DNA from: Eledone cirrhosa
Taxonomy: Eukaryota
Direction of reading: 5' to 3'
Assembly (NCBI GenBank): GCA_964016885.1
Contig: OZ024741.1
Coordinates: 295,740,001 to 295,804,000 of the forward strand
DNA length: 64,000 nt
Positions within the stretch are counted from its first letter, which is position 1. Each line of letters begins with the position of its first letter. The translations under genes and the position numbers were made by a program. The notes under the pieces were generated by a model, which was given only the letters and a program-made list of their open reading frames with translations, had not been told where the DNA came from and ran no database searches. Of this stretch, positions 13,062 through 26,798 are shown one piece after another.

Positions 13062-13910
13062 ATTATTTTAACTAATGTGCTGGAGACACAATTTGGCTGA
13101 GATTAACTTTCCTTAGTTAGGTAAATCCTTGATTCTCCCTGACATTATTTTGGAACCGATCTTAGACAAAGTCTCATCTATGAAAGCAATTGGCAATCAC
13201 TTTGGGTTTTCTGTTGAAAAATACTGTGAGCTATTTCAAGATATGCATTTTCTCAGAACTGGAATATAAAAAGGCCACATCTACAAAGCTCCAAGTTATA
13301 ATTCTACTTGGTCTTTAATTTTCCAAAAGAAACAGGGCAGAAGAGGAGTTTAGCGTAAATCCGAAGGAGTTCAAATGTTGATTATACCATGCTTTGAAGT
13401 TGATGGTAAACTCCATATAGTACTCTACATACCATCTAATGTCCTCAGAAAGACAATAGCTTCTCAGTGAAAGAGTGGCTCAATTCCAACAATTGCAAGT
13501 AGGTTGATGGGGTAAAAGCTGTGCAGGTGTGGATTTTCAGTTATGATGTGTAATACTGGAAACAATGTTATCTAGGCAAAAATACCTAACTTTAAGATTA
13601 TTATATATTGAAAACTTTGTAGCATTTATATGTAGTAGGAAAGTGATGCTTATGTAATTAAAAAAGTTCCCAGCAATATTTTTTAGTGATCTTTAAATTG
13701 TGAGGGGGATTAAATATATATATATGTGTATGTAAATTTAAAATAGGTTGTGTGCACACAGGAGAAAAACAATGGGAAAAAAACAATAGTTCTATCTCCT
13801 CAGTCAACCTCTAGAAATCACCATTGTCCTTCTTATTTTGAATTCATATTCTAAAAGCTTAGCTTCGCAGGGTTTTTTTTTTAAATTATATATATATATA
13901 TATATATATA

Positions 13911-14068
13911 AATGTGGTTGGTATTAGGAAAGATATCCAACTGTAGAAACAAAGCCTGAAACAGTTCTGTATGAGCAAGACATGGTGATCTGATGTGACT
14001 TGTCTCACAATATTCGTATAACCCATGCTAGTGTGGAAAATGGGTATTAAACGACGGTGATGATGATG
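13911..14068 (+). mobile_element. RTE 3' UTR fragment
   Basis: GGTTGGTATTAGGAAAGATATCCAACTGTAGAAA...AACCCATGCTAGTGTGGAAAATGG...(GAT)n. Confidence 0.75.
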
Positions 14069-15430
14069 CTATGTGTGTGTCTTGAGGTGTGTATATATAT
14101 ATATATATATGAGAGTATTGAAGTTTGCTTGAAGCATTGTGGAATAATAAGGTAAATTTCTTTAAGTCGTTTGGAAGCCTCGACAATGCAAATGGGTAAA
14201 TCTCCGGGTAACAAGATCCGGTGGAGGAGAGAGAGATGTAAGTGGGTGTACGTTGAGATGCGTGGTGTGTATAAGACGTGTAGAAGAATGAAGGGAAGAG
14301 CATAAAGGATAAAATTAAAATAACAACACGAGAGAGAGTTACCTTGGGAGAGATTTAATAGTCCCTGTATATTTCGGATTCACATCCATCAACTGGGTTT
14401 TATTTCCAGGGTGGGGGAAAGGTTGTCTGTCGGAAAGGTGCGAAACGCATCCTCCGCTGTATATATATATATATATAGGGAGAGAGAGAGATAAAGATAA
14501 ATACATTAATATGTGTGAGTGTATATGTGTGTGAGATAGAGATGGAATGGGGAAAATTTGACTGCTTCAGTGTTAATATTTTTATCAAGGTCTGTTCCAT
14601 CTATATTTCTTAATAAGATGTTAGTAAGACAGTAAGAGCAGACTCCATGGCCATACAACTTCCTGATGAGGGAGAGAGATACTTGACATCAATGGTGAGG
14701 AGTTAATAATAAAAGGAATAAATATAGAAACACAAGACATTAGAGAATTGCCAGGACTCTTGCCTAAAAGAATCTGAAATAACATCCATCATAAGAACTG
14801 TTTCATCAAAAAGCAAAACTTGAAACAATTGAGAAATGTTAATAGTGGTTGTAAATTTATTGTTTCCAACTGAAAATGTACAGACCAGGAAATATTTAAA
14901 AAAAAAATTAATTAATGAGAAACATTTTAAAACCTGGATTTGATTTATGGTTTCAATTAAACATGTTAAATGCACTTATCAATATCGAAGGCCCCCTTCA
15001 GTCACGAATGACCATGTGATTTGCACCTAGAAAGTGGCAGCTTCTTAGCCACATTGGCTGACATTTTTCATGTTTCCCTGCCATACAGAATTATTTGTAA
15101 AATTATTTTGAAAGTTTGACTTTCATTTTAGTGCTAAAACTTATATTACATGCACTGTAATATAACTCTTACCATACCAAATCTGCTTTTCAACACCTAA
15201 CATTACCAATCACACTGCCTATATAACAGAAATTGTCCATGTCTTTCACTACCTGATGTCTGATGAAGGTGGAGTGGGGTTGAGTTGTGACATTTATCTG
15301 CTTCACCTTGGTCTTGGCACATCTAATTTTCAGTCCAATTTTTCTTGCTTGTTTGTTTGTTTTTTTCAACTTGGTAGTTAGTTAGGTTTAGGGTTGCACT
15401 GTTTGCTGCCAGCCCAAGACCCCTCTGCAA

Positions 15431-16078
15431 TTAGTTAACCCTGGTTTTAACAAATCCTCTGACACCTAACTTTACAGGGAAACATAATGTCTCCCATCTG
15501 CAGGTTTCACATAGTTCAACCAGCTCACTGTACTTGTTGCCCTTCCTGTTGAATGCATCCTTGATGTTCACCTCACAAGAAGCAGTAAGTTCCACCATCT
15601 TTACCACCTTCCTTTCCTTGCACCACAAGACGAGGTTGAGTCTCTTGGTGATCAAAGAAAGGTGGTAGTATTTGCTGTCTCGGTTAACTGAGACTTCCCA
15701 GGTCTTGTCCCATTTTAGGGTAGTCTTCTTTCTTACAATAGCTGTCTTGCAGTGTATTCCTTCTTTACAAAACTTCATCCTGCTCTTCTCCACTACTTGT
15801 GGACTTTCACTGTTGTTCATCCTCTTCACCCTCTCTTTCACTGCATCAGCCTGTACTTTAAGCACCTGGTTATGCTACCATGAGTTTCTATTCTTCAAGC
15901 ACAGTATGCAACTGGACAATATGTGTCTCATCTTTCCAGCCTTCCCACATTTGCATAGGTCACTCTCTTCTACTTTCCAGCATTTTAGGTTTGTGAAATT
16001 AGGAAGCATATCATAGATGGAGCAAACCATGAAACTGGTTCTGGCTGGCTCTCATGACCAGAGCTCTTTCCATCTTCT
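15431..16078 (-). mobile_element. HERO-like (REL-endonuclease) non-LTR retrotransposon 3' remnant
   Basis: Minus strand WKELWS*EPARTSFMVCSIYDMLP, CCHC knuckle CKCGKAGKMRHILSSC, W*HNQVL, then RLNLVLW...VELTASCE..IKDAFNRKGNKYSELV...FPVKLGVRGFV, a degenerate PD-(D/E)xK REL domain. Confidence 0.85.
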
Positions 16079-16724
16079 GCTCATAATTTTTATTTAAAAC
16101 TGAAACTTTCCAAGTTGCAACTATTAGTTTCATGTTCATAACACACACACTCATTTAATGTAGATAAAAACTAAAGATTATAATTCCAATCATTTTATTA
16201 ATTTCTACGTCTGTTTCAATTTAATGAAATGTAATTGCAAACATCAATGATAATTTGCAGATTAATTAATTAAATCAACAAACATTGCAATCACATATCA
16301 CAAATCTATTCAGGAAACAAATATTAGATTTGGGAAATGCATGTCCCCAAAAGCAGGCAATAATCAACAAATATGACATAAAGTATGCATATATATATAT
16401 ATATATATATATGCATACTCTACATACACAAATATATATATATTTCATGCAGATTCCATCCCCTAAATTCACATAAAAGGCTATAGTAGAAAACACTTCC
16501 TTAAAATGTCATATAGTGGGATGAAACCTGAAATTATATTATTGTGAAGCAACATTCTTAACCCCATAGCCATACCTGTATATAACTGACAATGACTATG
16601 ACAATAGAAATTCTTGATCAGAGTAGAAGCCTGTTACATGGTATGCATACATGATAAATAACTACAGCATATTGAAATCTCATATGGGATAATGATTGTG
16701 TTACATATAAATCTAAAATAAATG

Positions 16725-17015
16725 TTAAACCCTGTCATATGGTGTACATATATGACAAATTACTACAGTACATGAAAAATTAAGATCATTGTAGAACCCA
16801 GCTCCTTGGTGTACACATATGACAAATGACACTGACACATGTCTGAGATAGGAGAGGAACTCTGTTACACAACATATATACATGATAATGACTGTTACAC
16901 AGACACATGGAAATCTTAGATGAGAATGGAAACCTGTCCCTTGGTATACAGACATAACCAATGACTGATATATATAAGAACATCTTAGGTAAATGTGTAA
17001 TCCTGTTACACTGAG
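16725..17015. repeat. Degenerate minisatellite, about 65-70 bp period
   Basis: Recurring AAACCCTGTC/AACCCAGCTC...GGTGTACA(C/T)ATATGACAAAT units. Confidence 0.5.
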
Positions 17016-17674
17016 TATGTATGTGCTAATGAGTTAAATTCTTGGAATCCTGAGATGAGAGTAAAAAATCTTCCTTTTCTCTAGAATAAACAGTCCCTTT
17101 TGTGAATCTGAGAATATTTACACAGTCTAGCGTTAACTCATTTCTCTGAAGAACAATTTTCAATAAAGAAGGATTGGCTGAGAAATAGGAATGGTATTTC
17201 TGAAGAGGTGGAGGCTGGGAAGTTTGTTGCCTTTTGGTGAAGAACATCATAGGATCACATAACATTCAGAAGATGGTAGAAGATATGGCTTCCAATGGTG
17301 AAATGTTCTTTAGTAACAGTAAATCAAAGCCATGCCACTCCCTACACACATGTGTGCAGGAATCTTATTCCAAGACAAAAAGTTATTATATAAATGCTTG
17401 CTGGGAATTTTTAAATAGAAGTAAAAGATATATTTAGACAAACTTTTATGACTCTGAAACTAATGATGCATTCAGTAATTTTACTATCCTCCCACTTCTT
17501 ACAGTAGCAGTTCTCAACCTGAGGTCCATAAAGGTAGTACTAGGTGTCTGGGAGTTAAGTTCAATATTTTTAAGTATTTATGATAAAGCTGATGAAAATA
17601 ATCTTTTAAAATTTCATAAATTGTTTCTAAATTTAAAAGAATAGTTTAATAGGTCAAGATGTTTTTATAACCTG

Positions 17675-18885
17675 ATTATCATTATCATCATCATCATCAC
17701 TGTTTAATGTCTATTTTTCCACACTAGTATGGGTTAGACAAGTTGTTCCATTGGGACAACTTGAATCTTATACAAAACTGTTTCTGACTTGGTCTCTATG
17801 GTTGGATGCTCTTTCTAACGTCAACCACATTTACAATGTGGACTGGGTGTTTTTTGTCATGACATCTACATGACCACTTTACAGAGAGGAGTGGGCATGT
17901 TATTGTCATGACACCGATATGATCACTTTACAGTGTGGACTGTGTGCTGAGGTAGGGTGGGGCGTGTATGTAAGGTGGGGATTTGAGAAGTATGTCAGTA
18001 ATACAGAAGACCCACCTTGCCTATGTACAAAGTGAAACCTACAGTCAGTAGGCACCTCTTAACCAAATATATACCCCATCCCACTACCCCTACTCCACCC
18101 CACCCCAGACAGCCCTATACAGGCGAGACATGGTCACCTGACCAATCTTGCCTCAAGTAGGACAATTCCCGTCTAAACCAATGTTAGCGTGGAAGATAGA
18201 CGTTCAACGTTGATGATGATGATGATGTTAGGATTGTTTTCTATGTTTAAAATTATTCAATCTGAAATTTTGAGCATATCAACCAAACATCATCAACTGT
18301 GTCCTTAAACAAATTTTTTGTTTAATACTGCCACTTATTTAACTGAATATTTAGTTACATAAGCTGACCTTGCGCAATTGCACCTCTCAAAGACAATGAC
18401 ACAGGATTGATATCTTTGGCGTTATTCAGTAATTCATAAGACCCGCCTTCTCTTGCACACGGACTCAAACATACATCTAGTAAGCAACTCTTAACCCCTA
18501 TACCCCCTTCCATACACCCCCATCCCCCTACACCACCCTTATACTTCTGTCCACACTACCCTACTCTATAAAGTTATGTTGGAATCATAAAAACATCCAA
18601 CCCACACTGTAAAGTGGTCATGTAGGTGTCACAACAAAAAGCACCCAGCCCACACTGTAAGGTGGTCATGTAGGTGTCACAACAAAAAGCACCCAGCACA
18701 CACTGTAAACGTGGTTGGTGTTAGGAAGTGCATCCAGCCATAGAAATCTTGCCAGAAAGGGTCCTATATGAGCAAGACACAATCACCTGACCCAAATTGC
18801 CTCTAATGGGACAACCCCTCTAACCCATGGTTAGAAAAGCATGGAAAATGGACGTTTAACGATGATGACGATGATGATGATGATA
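17675..18885. mobile_element. Cluster of three RTE 3'-end fragments (17675-17945 -, 17995-18227 +, 18360-18885 +)
   Basis: Each matches the RTE 3' UTR (CACACTGTAAAGTGGTC units, GAGCAAGAC/GGCGAGAC, GGACGTT..(GAT)n). Confidence 0.8.
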
Positions 18886-19240
18886 TCTTTAAATTGAGAA
18901 AACTAAGAAAATTAGTTTGTTGTTAGTTAATGAAATCAGCTTGTTAAGTAGGTGAACATTTTGAAAGCAATCCATTGTCCTGGGTTAAGCATAAAGCACA
19001 ATAAATGTGTTAAGGCCTCAAGTAAAGAAGGTTCTCAAAATTACTAAAAGATATAAATGTTTTCAATTTTTGTGAGATCTTCTGGTGTAATCTCTTGGTA
19101 GTGCACAGGATCGTAAGATGCAGGAACATAAGCAAGGTTCAGGCCCCTGGCCCACTGTGAAGCCAGTACTTCCACTTGAGTAGCAACCCAATCTGCTGAT
19201 GACACATCCAACCTTTGCTAGCAGGGAAAGCAGATATTAA

Positions 19241-19279
<39 letters not shown>

Positions 19280-19963
19280 CCATATGCAGGTTGCTGATTC
19301 TGACAAGAAAGTTGTTTTGCTTGGATTCAATTCAAGGCCTGTGTGTGTGTGTGCACGCGCATGTGCATGTGTTTTTTGTTTTTTTTGTTTTTTTCTTCAT
19401 TCAACAAAATATCCCCAAATCCATCCAACATTTTATCAACATTTCCTATATATGCTTCATTTATTTTCTACATTTTTGTAGTCTCCAAGTTTCCATATGC
19501 TGTTGACATGTTAACATCATATTACTGAAATTTTCATTCTGGTATATCTGTTTTCCAATATTCATTGACAATCAGGGGAATGCCTGCTGTTGGTTGTCAT
19601 TAATTTTCAGCTGTCCATACATGTTACAATTCATGCATGACTGAGTGTGTTGATGTCCTGAGGAGTATGTTGCTGTTGCTGTCTACAGAGCATTGGGTAC
19701 ATTTTCAAGCTTGGTGTCTATGGTTCCTTAACACAGTCTTCTCCTTTAGTTCTATGTAAATTTATGGACGATGTCATATAACATCATTTACTTATTTTTA
19801 TAATGTAAAATAACACGGAAGGCAATACAAACATAAATTGATAGATAGATAGATAAATAGATAGATATATGAATGGATGGGTGAATATATATTTATATAT
19901 CATCATCATAATTTTAACGTGTGTTTTTGCTGCTAGCAAGGGTTGGATGACTCCACACAGACC

Positions 19964-19994
<31 letters not shown>

Positions 19995-20580
19995 GTCAGT
20001 AAGTAAATGGATAAATCAATATATATATACATATCATTATCATAATTATTTAACTACATAGCAAACAGCCATAGTCTTCTTCTAATCTCACAAGATTCTT
20101 TGCCAGATACACAATCTGCCCTTATTCCATTATAGGGTTTCCATCCCCAAAGAATTTCTGCAAATACAACACAAAAGGGTCAGTGTTTTCTAATAATCCA
20201 GGTCGTCTCTTACTATATTTTGAAACATACAGAATGTATTTGAACACTGGTTCATCATTTAGAATCCTTAATATTTCTACCAAGAACTTGAACTCATAGG
20301 AAATCACTGTTTGTAGGAGCAGTGACAGCATTTGTCTTCTTGGAATACTGGTTCGTTGTTCCTGAAGACACAGTCAACATCAACTAATTTGGAACCTCAT
20401 ACATGTTTAAGAATAATGTTTGGCATCAAATGTATAGACCAGTGGTTTCAATCATGCTGTACTGTCTGTAGCTTTTAGGGGTCCATGTGCTACAAATAGT
20501 GCTACAAGGCCCATAGCCTAAGTTTAACATTTCAAGAGCTATAGTGTAAAATCTATAAGTACTCATGATAAAAAAATGTC

Positions 20581-20975
20581 TAAAGTCTCTCTCGAGCCCA
20601 GAAGTTCATAAGGCTAGTTAGTGCTTATCTCAGTTTTCGTGGCGTGAAGCGACTGAAAGTACACATCTACCCCCTGGACAGGACATTAGTCCATCACAGG
20701 ATTATAGCCTGTCTCAAGCCCAGAGGCTCATTAGACCAGTGCTTATCACGGTTTTTGTGGTGTGAAGTGACTAAAAGTACAAGACTACCACCGCCCCTCC
20801 AGACAAGATACCACTCCATCGCAGGGTTAAACCCCTAGTTACTGCTGGTATTCATATTTAGCTGAGTATACTTGAGCAACATGAAATGAAGTGTTTTGTT
20901 CAAGAACACAACACACAACCTAGTCCAGGAATCAAACCCACAAGATTATGATCATAAATCCAACACACTTCCACA
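20581..20975 (-). mobile_element. CORE-type (OR2-like) SINE with duplicated tail
   Basis: Core GAAATGAAGTGTTTTGTTCAAGAACACAAC; tail GTCTC..GCCCAGA...GTGCTTATC..GTTTT.GTGG occurs twice. Confidence 0.75.
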
Positions 20976-21059
20976 CTCATGATATGGCTGATGTACATAA
21001 ACTTTAAAATTTCAAAAATCCTTTCTAAAAGCAGTGAATCAGCAGACCTCTGTTAACAA

Positions 21060-21487
21060 CAAAAGGTTTCTCTCTACAAAGGAAAGGCTGGTTGTATGAT
21101 GTTAGTATGTGATGTGCAATCTTGCTTAGGAGTGAGACATAGGCAGTGTATGCAGAGGATAAGCTGCTGAGAAATTAAATAAACATATTCGTGAATGACA
21201 AAGCATGGATGAACTGGGTATAAGAGGAATCAGATGTAATGTGCAGGAGATAAAACTGCACTCGTATGGACATATGATGCATATGGATGATGATCTTTGG
21301 GTGAAGAAGTGCCAAAAATTCCCAGTGGAAGGAAACTGCAGTAGAGGAAGACGAATAAATGCCTAGGGAGGGGTTGTGAGGGTTGATTTCAGATTGTTGA
21401 AGCTCACAGACGAGATGACAAAGGACAAAGATTATTGAAAGGATGTAAAACGATGATGATGATGATGATGATGGTGATGGTGATGGT
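21060..21487 (+). mobile_element. Degraded RTE thumb and 3' fragment
   Basis: KGFSL.RKG.LYD, GIRCNVQE, YGHMMHMDDD.WVKKC motifs; (GAT)n tail. Confidence 0.75.
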
Positions 21488-21489
21488 TA

Positions 21490-21742
21490 AGGAGTCAGGT
21501 AGAATACTTGGATGTATTCATTCCAGCTCTTTACATCCTGAGTTCAAATCCTATCAAGGTCAACTTTCACTTTTCTGGGGTTGATAAAAGAATGTACCAG
21601 TCAAGTGCTGGCATTAATAAAATAAAGTACCAGTCAAGTATTGGGGTTGATAAAATAAAGTACCAGTCAAGTGTTGGAGTTGATTAATCAATTTTCCCAT
21701 TCCCATTAAATTACTCTCCTTGTACCTAAATAAGAAATCAGT
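21490..21742 (+). mobile_element. Meta-core (OR1-like) SINE, degenerate, with triplicated AAA(A/T)GTACCAGTCAAG
   Basis: B-box GAGTTCAAATCC, core GGGGTTGATAAAATAAAGTACCAGT. Confidence 0.7.
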
Positions 21743-21877
21743 ATTAGTAGCACTGCCAAACCGAGTTCATCTCAACTGTAAACCTAATATCTCTAAAGTC
21801 TCTAAAGTTAGAATATTAAAATAGATCAAAGAATTCAATATCTTGAATCCAACTCTTGCTAGCAGGGAAAGTGGACA

Positions 21878-22095
21878 TTAACCCTTTAGCATTTACACTA
21901 ATCTATAAATCCTATTGTATTTTCATGGTAAAGGCTTTACCTAACATAATATCTCACATAATATTGAATCTATGAAATTTTGATGTTATTTATTTTGAGA
22001 ACAATACCTTAGCATCAGTATGAGTGGCCAGTTACAACCGGTTTGAAAAGAAAGAGATGAGATGATTCTGGCCGATTTAAATGCTAAAGGGTTAA
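21878..22095. mobile_element. piggyBac-like MITE (TTAA TSD) inserted into an RTE tail
   Basis: TTAA-CCCTTTAGCATTTA ... TAAATGCTAAAGGG-TTAA; splits GTGGACATTAA|AATGACAATGATGATG; second copy at 24520-24748. Confidence 0.85.
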
Positions 22096-23240
22096 AATGA
22101 CAATGATGATGATGAAGATGATGATGATGATGTTGCCATTCACAGAGGAAGTAAGTGACTTAGAAAGAAAGAAAGCACCAATTTGATGTGCATTCTGGAA
22201 AATTTATAAATTATTGCAATTAGTAAAAGAAGTTCCAGTTATTCAAGACAGTTCCATAGTTGATCTCCAAACTTGGAAAGTACCATCAACTGATTTAGAA
22301 TGCTGTATTTAAAAATAATGCTTGGCACACTCACAAACGTACACACACACATGCAAACACAATCATATATATATGTGTGTGTGAGTCTGTATTACATAAC
22401 TAATGAATACAGGAAGACTACGTTTGTAAAGCATTCTTCAAATACATGAGCCCACTACCAGGTCATGGGGTCAAATATAATAGAGGTAGAACGGAATGAT
22501 CATTGTGAGTACACACATACACACACACACACACTCACATACACAAGCATATAACCAAACATATACACACATAAATATATATACACATCTAGCACCATAA
22601 TTGATAAAGGGTAGTAGCAGCTCTGTTGGAAGGGGGGGGGGTCATCGAAGGAGAGAAGGGAGAAGGTCATTTACCCCCAACGGCCCCCAATAAATCTGGC
22701 CCTGGGTATATTAACATAATGTTATTGTTACTGTTATTTAGCCCTATGTCAAATGTTTTTCCAGTGACAACCATCACTCAGTGTATGTTATAACAACACT
22801 GTTACATACAAATTAATATTTGTTTCAAATGATAAGGTAGGTAACAAAGAGAACCACATATATAAGTTCCTGTAATAATAATAATTGTTTCTACGTTTGG
22901 CACAAGGCCAGAAATTACCCAGTGCATTACTGGTACTTTAATTCACTGGGTAATTGCTGGCCTTGTGCCAAACGTAGAAACAATTATGATAATAATTATG
23001 ACAATTATGATAATAATAATAATAATTGTTTCTACTCTTGGCACAGGGGCAGCAATATCCCACTGAATTACTGGCACCCTTATCAGGTCGGTAATTGTAT
23101 TTCTACATGTGCATTTGGGTGGACATGATTGAGTAGTATTTCAGGTATTTTGTTAGGGCTGTTCATTTATAGTTTGGTGTTACCCAAACAGCTATAGCTG
23201 ACCATAACAAGATTACAGTTAAAGATTGTATATCTATATA

Positions 23241-23424
23241 ATTATTTCTACTTTTGGCACAAGGCCAGCAATTATCCCAGTGCATTACTGGTACTTTATT
23301 TTATCGACCTCATAAGGATGAAAGGCAAAGTTAACCTCGGTGAGATTTGAACTCAGACCATAAATGGGCGTAACTCTATGCTGCGAAACATGGCATCCGA
23401 CCCTCTACCGATACTGCCAATCCA
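23241..23424 (-). mobile_element. Meta-core (OR1-like) tRNA SINE
   Basis: A-box TGGCAGTATCGGTAGA, B-box GAGTTCAAATC, core GCCTTTCATCCTTA.GAGGTCGATAAAATAAAGTACCAGT, tail GGCCTTGTGCCAAAAGTAGAAA. Confidence 0.85.
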
Positions 23425-23950
23425 TTAATAATAATGATAATGAAAATGATTGTGTACAGTGCTCAGGTGCACTACAACTTATCAAAGGTGCATATATATA
23501 GTACATAGAATAATTTGTAAATGTCAGGAAAGTAAAAAAATTTTGCAATTTAAATGATGGGGCAGATCACCATTCATTGAGAGGATTAACCATTCTTCCA
23601 ATGACTGGTCACCTGTCAATCTAAACCAGAGACTAACATTTAGTTGACAGAAACTATGTGGAAATCTATTGGATGAACTGAGCCTATAAGTCAAATGACC
23701 AGCTTAGTCATAACATGTTATGCTGATTTAGTTTGAGATTTCTGTTTAGAATACATGTACACAAGTCTATGAAATACTCAACCAGTTATATCCTAATTCA
23801 ATGAACAGCTAGTACAGTTGATAAAACAACCAAATATTCATCATTGAAACCATCAGAGGTCCATTTAAATACTATATAATATAATCGATGATACCTCTGT
23901 GACCCCATGTCAACAATAGAAGTCTATATATAAATATGGGTTTATATATA

Positions 23951-24224
23951 GTGAAGGCACATGCCCTAGTGATTAGGGTGTTGGACTTATGATCGCAATG
24001 CTGGGGATTTGATTCCTCGACTGGGTTATGTTGTGTTCTTGAGCAAAATACTTCATTTCCTGTTGCTCCAGTATACTCAGCTGAAAATGAGTACTAGCAA
24101 TAGCTGGGAGTTAAGCCCTGTGATGGACTGGTGTTCTGTTCAGAGGAAAGTCTTGCACTCTCAGTTGCTGAGGAAACCCAGATAAGCACCAGCTTTATGA
24201 ACCTGACCTTGGGGCAGACTTTAA
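23951..24224 (+). mobile_element. CORE-type (OR2-like) SINE
   Basis: tRNA-like head, TTGTGTTCTTGAGCAAAATACTTCATTTCCTGTTGCTCCAG core, CAGACTTTA end. Confidence 0.8.
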
Positions 24225-24519
24225 CTGTTTTCTTCTTTTATTTTATATACAGATGGAAACAGACAAAACTGGTATTTAGTTACATCCTTTTAAGCTCTGA
24301 GTTATATCCAATGCCCAGGTCGATAAAATGATGAAATAAGTATAGATAACAAACTAAAGCTCAATCTATTAGTATTGTTTATCAGGGCCAGACTTTCACA
24401 GGCTAAGCTATGTGAAATTTGAAAAAAAGTTTATAACTATTATTTCTTATATTAATGTTAATGATAAAGAATAAACAATATATATATATATATAATTCTA
24501 ATTTATTATGATTTTAATA

Positions 24520-24748
24520 TTAACCCTTTAGCATTCATATTACTCTATATTTACTATTAGATTTTTGCAGTAAAGGCTATATCTCACATAATTATTTCAC
24601 ATAATATTTAATCTATGAGATTTTGATGTTATTTATTTTGAGAACAATACCTTAACATCAGTATGAGGGGCTGGTTATAACCGGTTTGAACAGAAAGAGG
24701 TGAGAGAATTCTGGCCAGATACAGCCGGTTTAAATGCTAAAGGGTTAA
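24520..24748. mobile_element. piggyBac-like MITE
   Basis: TTAACCCTTTAGCATT...AATGCTAAAGGGTTAA; interior homologous to 21878-22095. Confidence 0.85.
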
Positions 24749-25162
24749 AGAATAAAAACTAATGATAAAATAAAAATATATTATTTAACTTATAGGTAAT
24801 TCCAGCACTGTTGTTTATACACCATTGTAACACGTCTATAGCCTTATGTCAAAAGTTGGAGTGCTACTTCAACCAATATTTCAAAATGAAACAGATGTTA
24901 TCTAACTCTAAACCCTAACCCTAATTTATACGCTTGTTTCAATTTGAAACGCAGAGTAATAACGAAGAAGTGCCACATTTAGGAAATCAATTTTTCAATG
25001 TTGTGTTGTTTATCATTAACATATTTCTGATGAAAATTTTCAAAAATTTTAAGGAATTTAGTAATATAACATTCTTATTAAGCTGGCGGTTGGAACACTA
25101 ATTTAACAAAAGTTCTGACATAAAATTATATTGAAAGGATTTAATATAAATATAGTATAGTA

Positions 25163-25372
25163 TGGTCCCGTAACTCCTGATGGAGTCTTAGAAGCAGTTT
25201 TATGGCATTTTAAGCCTGTCTCTCTCCAGGTCTGAGTACATCAGATTTCTTCCAGAGAAATATAGAAATTGAGAAAGAGATACTAGACTAGTACTTTTTT
25301 TTATATACAGTACTAGACTAGTACTTTTTTTATCGACCTTGAATGGATGAAAGGGCAAGTTGACCTCTGAAT
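25163..25372 (-). mobile_element. Meta-core SINE variant with alternative 3' tail
   Basis: Tail (CTCTGGAAGAAATCTG...AAAATGCC...GTTA(C/T)GGGA) shared with 30330-30605 (+) and 40143-40460 (-). Confidence 0.65.
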
Positions 25373-26073
25373 GAATACTGCAAAGTTCTAAGCATAATAT
25401 ACATAGGACTACATTAACCAATGTGTCCTTCTTTAACAGATATTTGGTTGGGACGACCGCATAGAAGTCCTTCACTGGTTTCAGAAACCGACAAATTTAT
25501 ATACAAAGGGAAATAATTATAATTGTTTCTATAATTATAATATAGTAATAACAATAAAAGAGTTGCCTCCCTTGAAATCTTTTTTTTTTTATCTGTTGCT
25601 TATATATTTTTTCTGTCTTTTTCAATATTCTCAGCAGAATAGCTTGAGCCTCGAACTAAATAACCGCAGTATTTAGTGGTGAATTTAGATCTCTGCTATC
25701 ATACACAAAACATACACACACATATTGGCCATATACAAAAACAAAATACATAGACCGAAGCACGCACTAATAATACACCAGATATAAAAGCAGCACGCAC
25801 ACTCACAAAATGTGTCGCATCCGCACACACCATTACAAATGGTAAGCCCGGACGCTGCATCACTCCTGTACTGCCAACATAGATCCTCCTTTTTGTTCTT
25901 TTTTTTTTCTTCGACCTTCCAACCTCCTCTTTCTCTTTATTCTTTCCTGATGAAAGACTAACGTTTAATACGTTGAGACATTCTTATATAGTACCAGTAA
26001 CGCACTGGCGTCGATTTAATCGTCTTCCCCCTCCCCCAAAATTGTTGGCCTTGTGCCTAAATCACAAACAATT

Positions 26074-26247
26074 ACAGATAAAATTCCGTTATAACGAATA
26101 CCATTATAACGAATTTTTCAGTATAACATTTTTTCAATCCTCAGCCACAAGTTTGATGTGTTTCGATTCATCTCGTTATAATGAATTTTTGGTTAAAACG
26201 AATTGTTTTTGTACCACCTGAATTTCGTTATAGCGGAATGTCTCTGT
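26074..26247. mobile_element. Tigger/pogo-like MITE
   Basis: TA-CAGATAAAATTCCGTTATAACGAA ... TTCGTTATAGCGGAATGTCTCTG-TA; homolog at 48431-48606. Confidence 0.8.
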
Positions 26248-26404
26248 ATTATTATTATAGTTGTGAAGCTATTCCAGTGACTCAGGGTTCAAAATCTTGG
26301 AGTTTCGGGTCTAACTGTTCTATTCTTTTGGGAGAGTCGTGTTGCTCCACGCTTATAGTAATGATATACATCACTTTATTGTTTTTTACCGTTTGAGCAA
26401 CCGA

Positions 26405-26439
<35 letters not shown>

Positions 26440-26798
26440 AGATAGAAAAATGCGTACAGCAAAAAAAAAGTAATATTGTTGGAATATAAACCTTTAAAAA
26501 TACAGGACAAGAAACTAAGATAAAACTTTAAAAGAATAGGACATGAAACTAAGATAAAACTTTAAAGAATTGGACAAGAAATAAAAAAATTTACAATAAT
26601 ATTGGTCTACTATTTTTTAAGGCAATGCAAGCAACAACTATCTAATAATTAAATGATCATAGTGAATTACTGACAAGTGATTGACATTTTAAAGTTCTTT
26701 TGAGTATAATTGCAATCTAGTTGAAGCAACTGGCTTAATGACAAAGCTACGTCATTTCTGGATTACCTCCCCTAGCGTCACGCTTACTACTCACTCAC

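Noticed and set aside
14600-14775. Possible terminal exon on - (acceptor TATTTCAG, ILLGKSPGNSLMSCV...LLLLSY*)
   Set aside because: No recognisable domain or partner exon; could be chance.
16725-17015. C2H2 zinc-finger gene array
   Set aside because: The period is not 84 bp and I found no HTGEKP linker or C-x2-C...H-x3-H pattern; treated as a minisatellite.
19045-19280. Protein-like minus-strand frame (ADWVATQVEVL...YQEITPEDLTKIE)
   Set aside because: The plus strand looks like an RTE 3' end (AQDR motif, CCAACC.TTGCTAGCAGGGAAAG..(GAT)n), so the frame is probably an antisense shadow.
17026-20370. Minus-strand ORFs 17026-17265 and 20122-20331 as host exons
   Set aside because: No homology I recognise and no consistent splice-site pairs; needs RNA-seq or BLAST.
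24901-24925. Telomeric (TTAGGG)n
   Set aside because: Only about two units; not an array.
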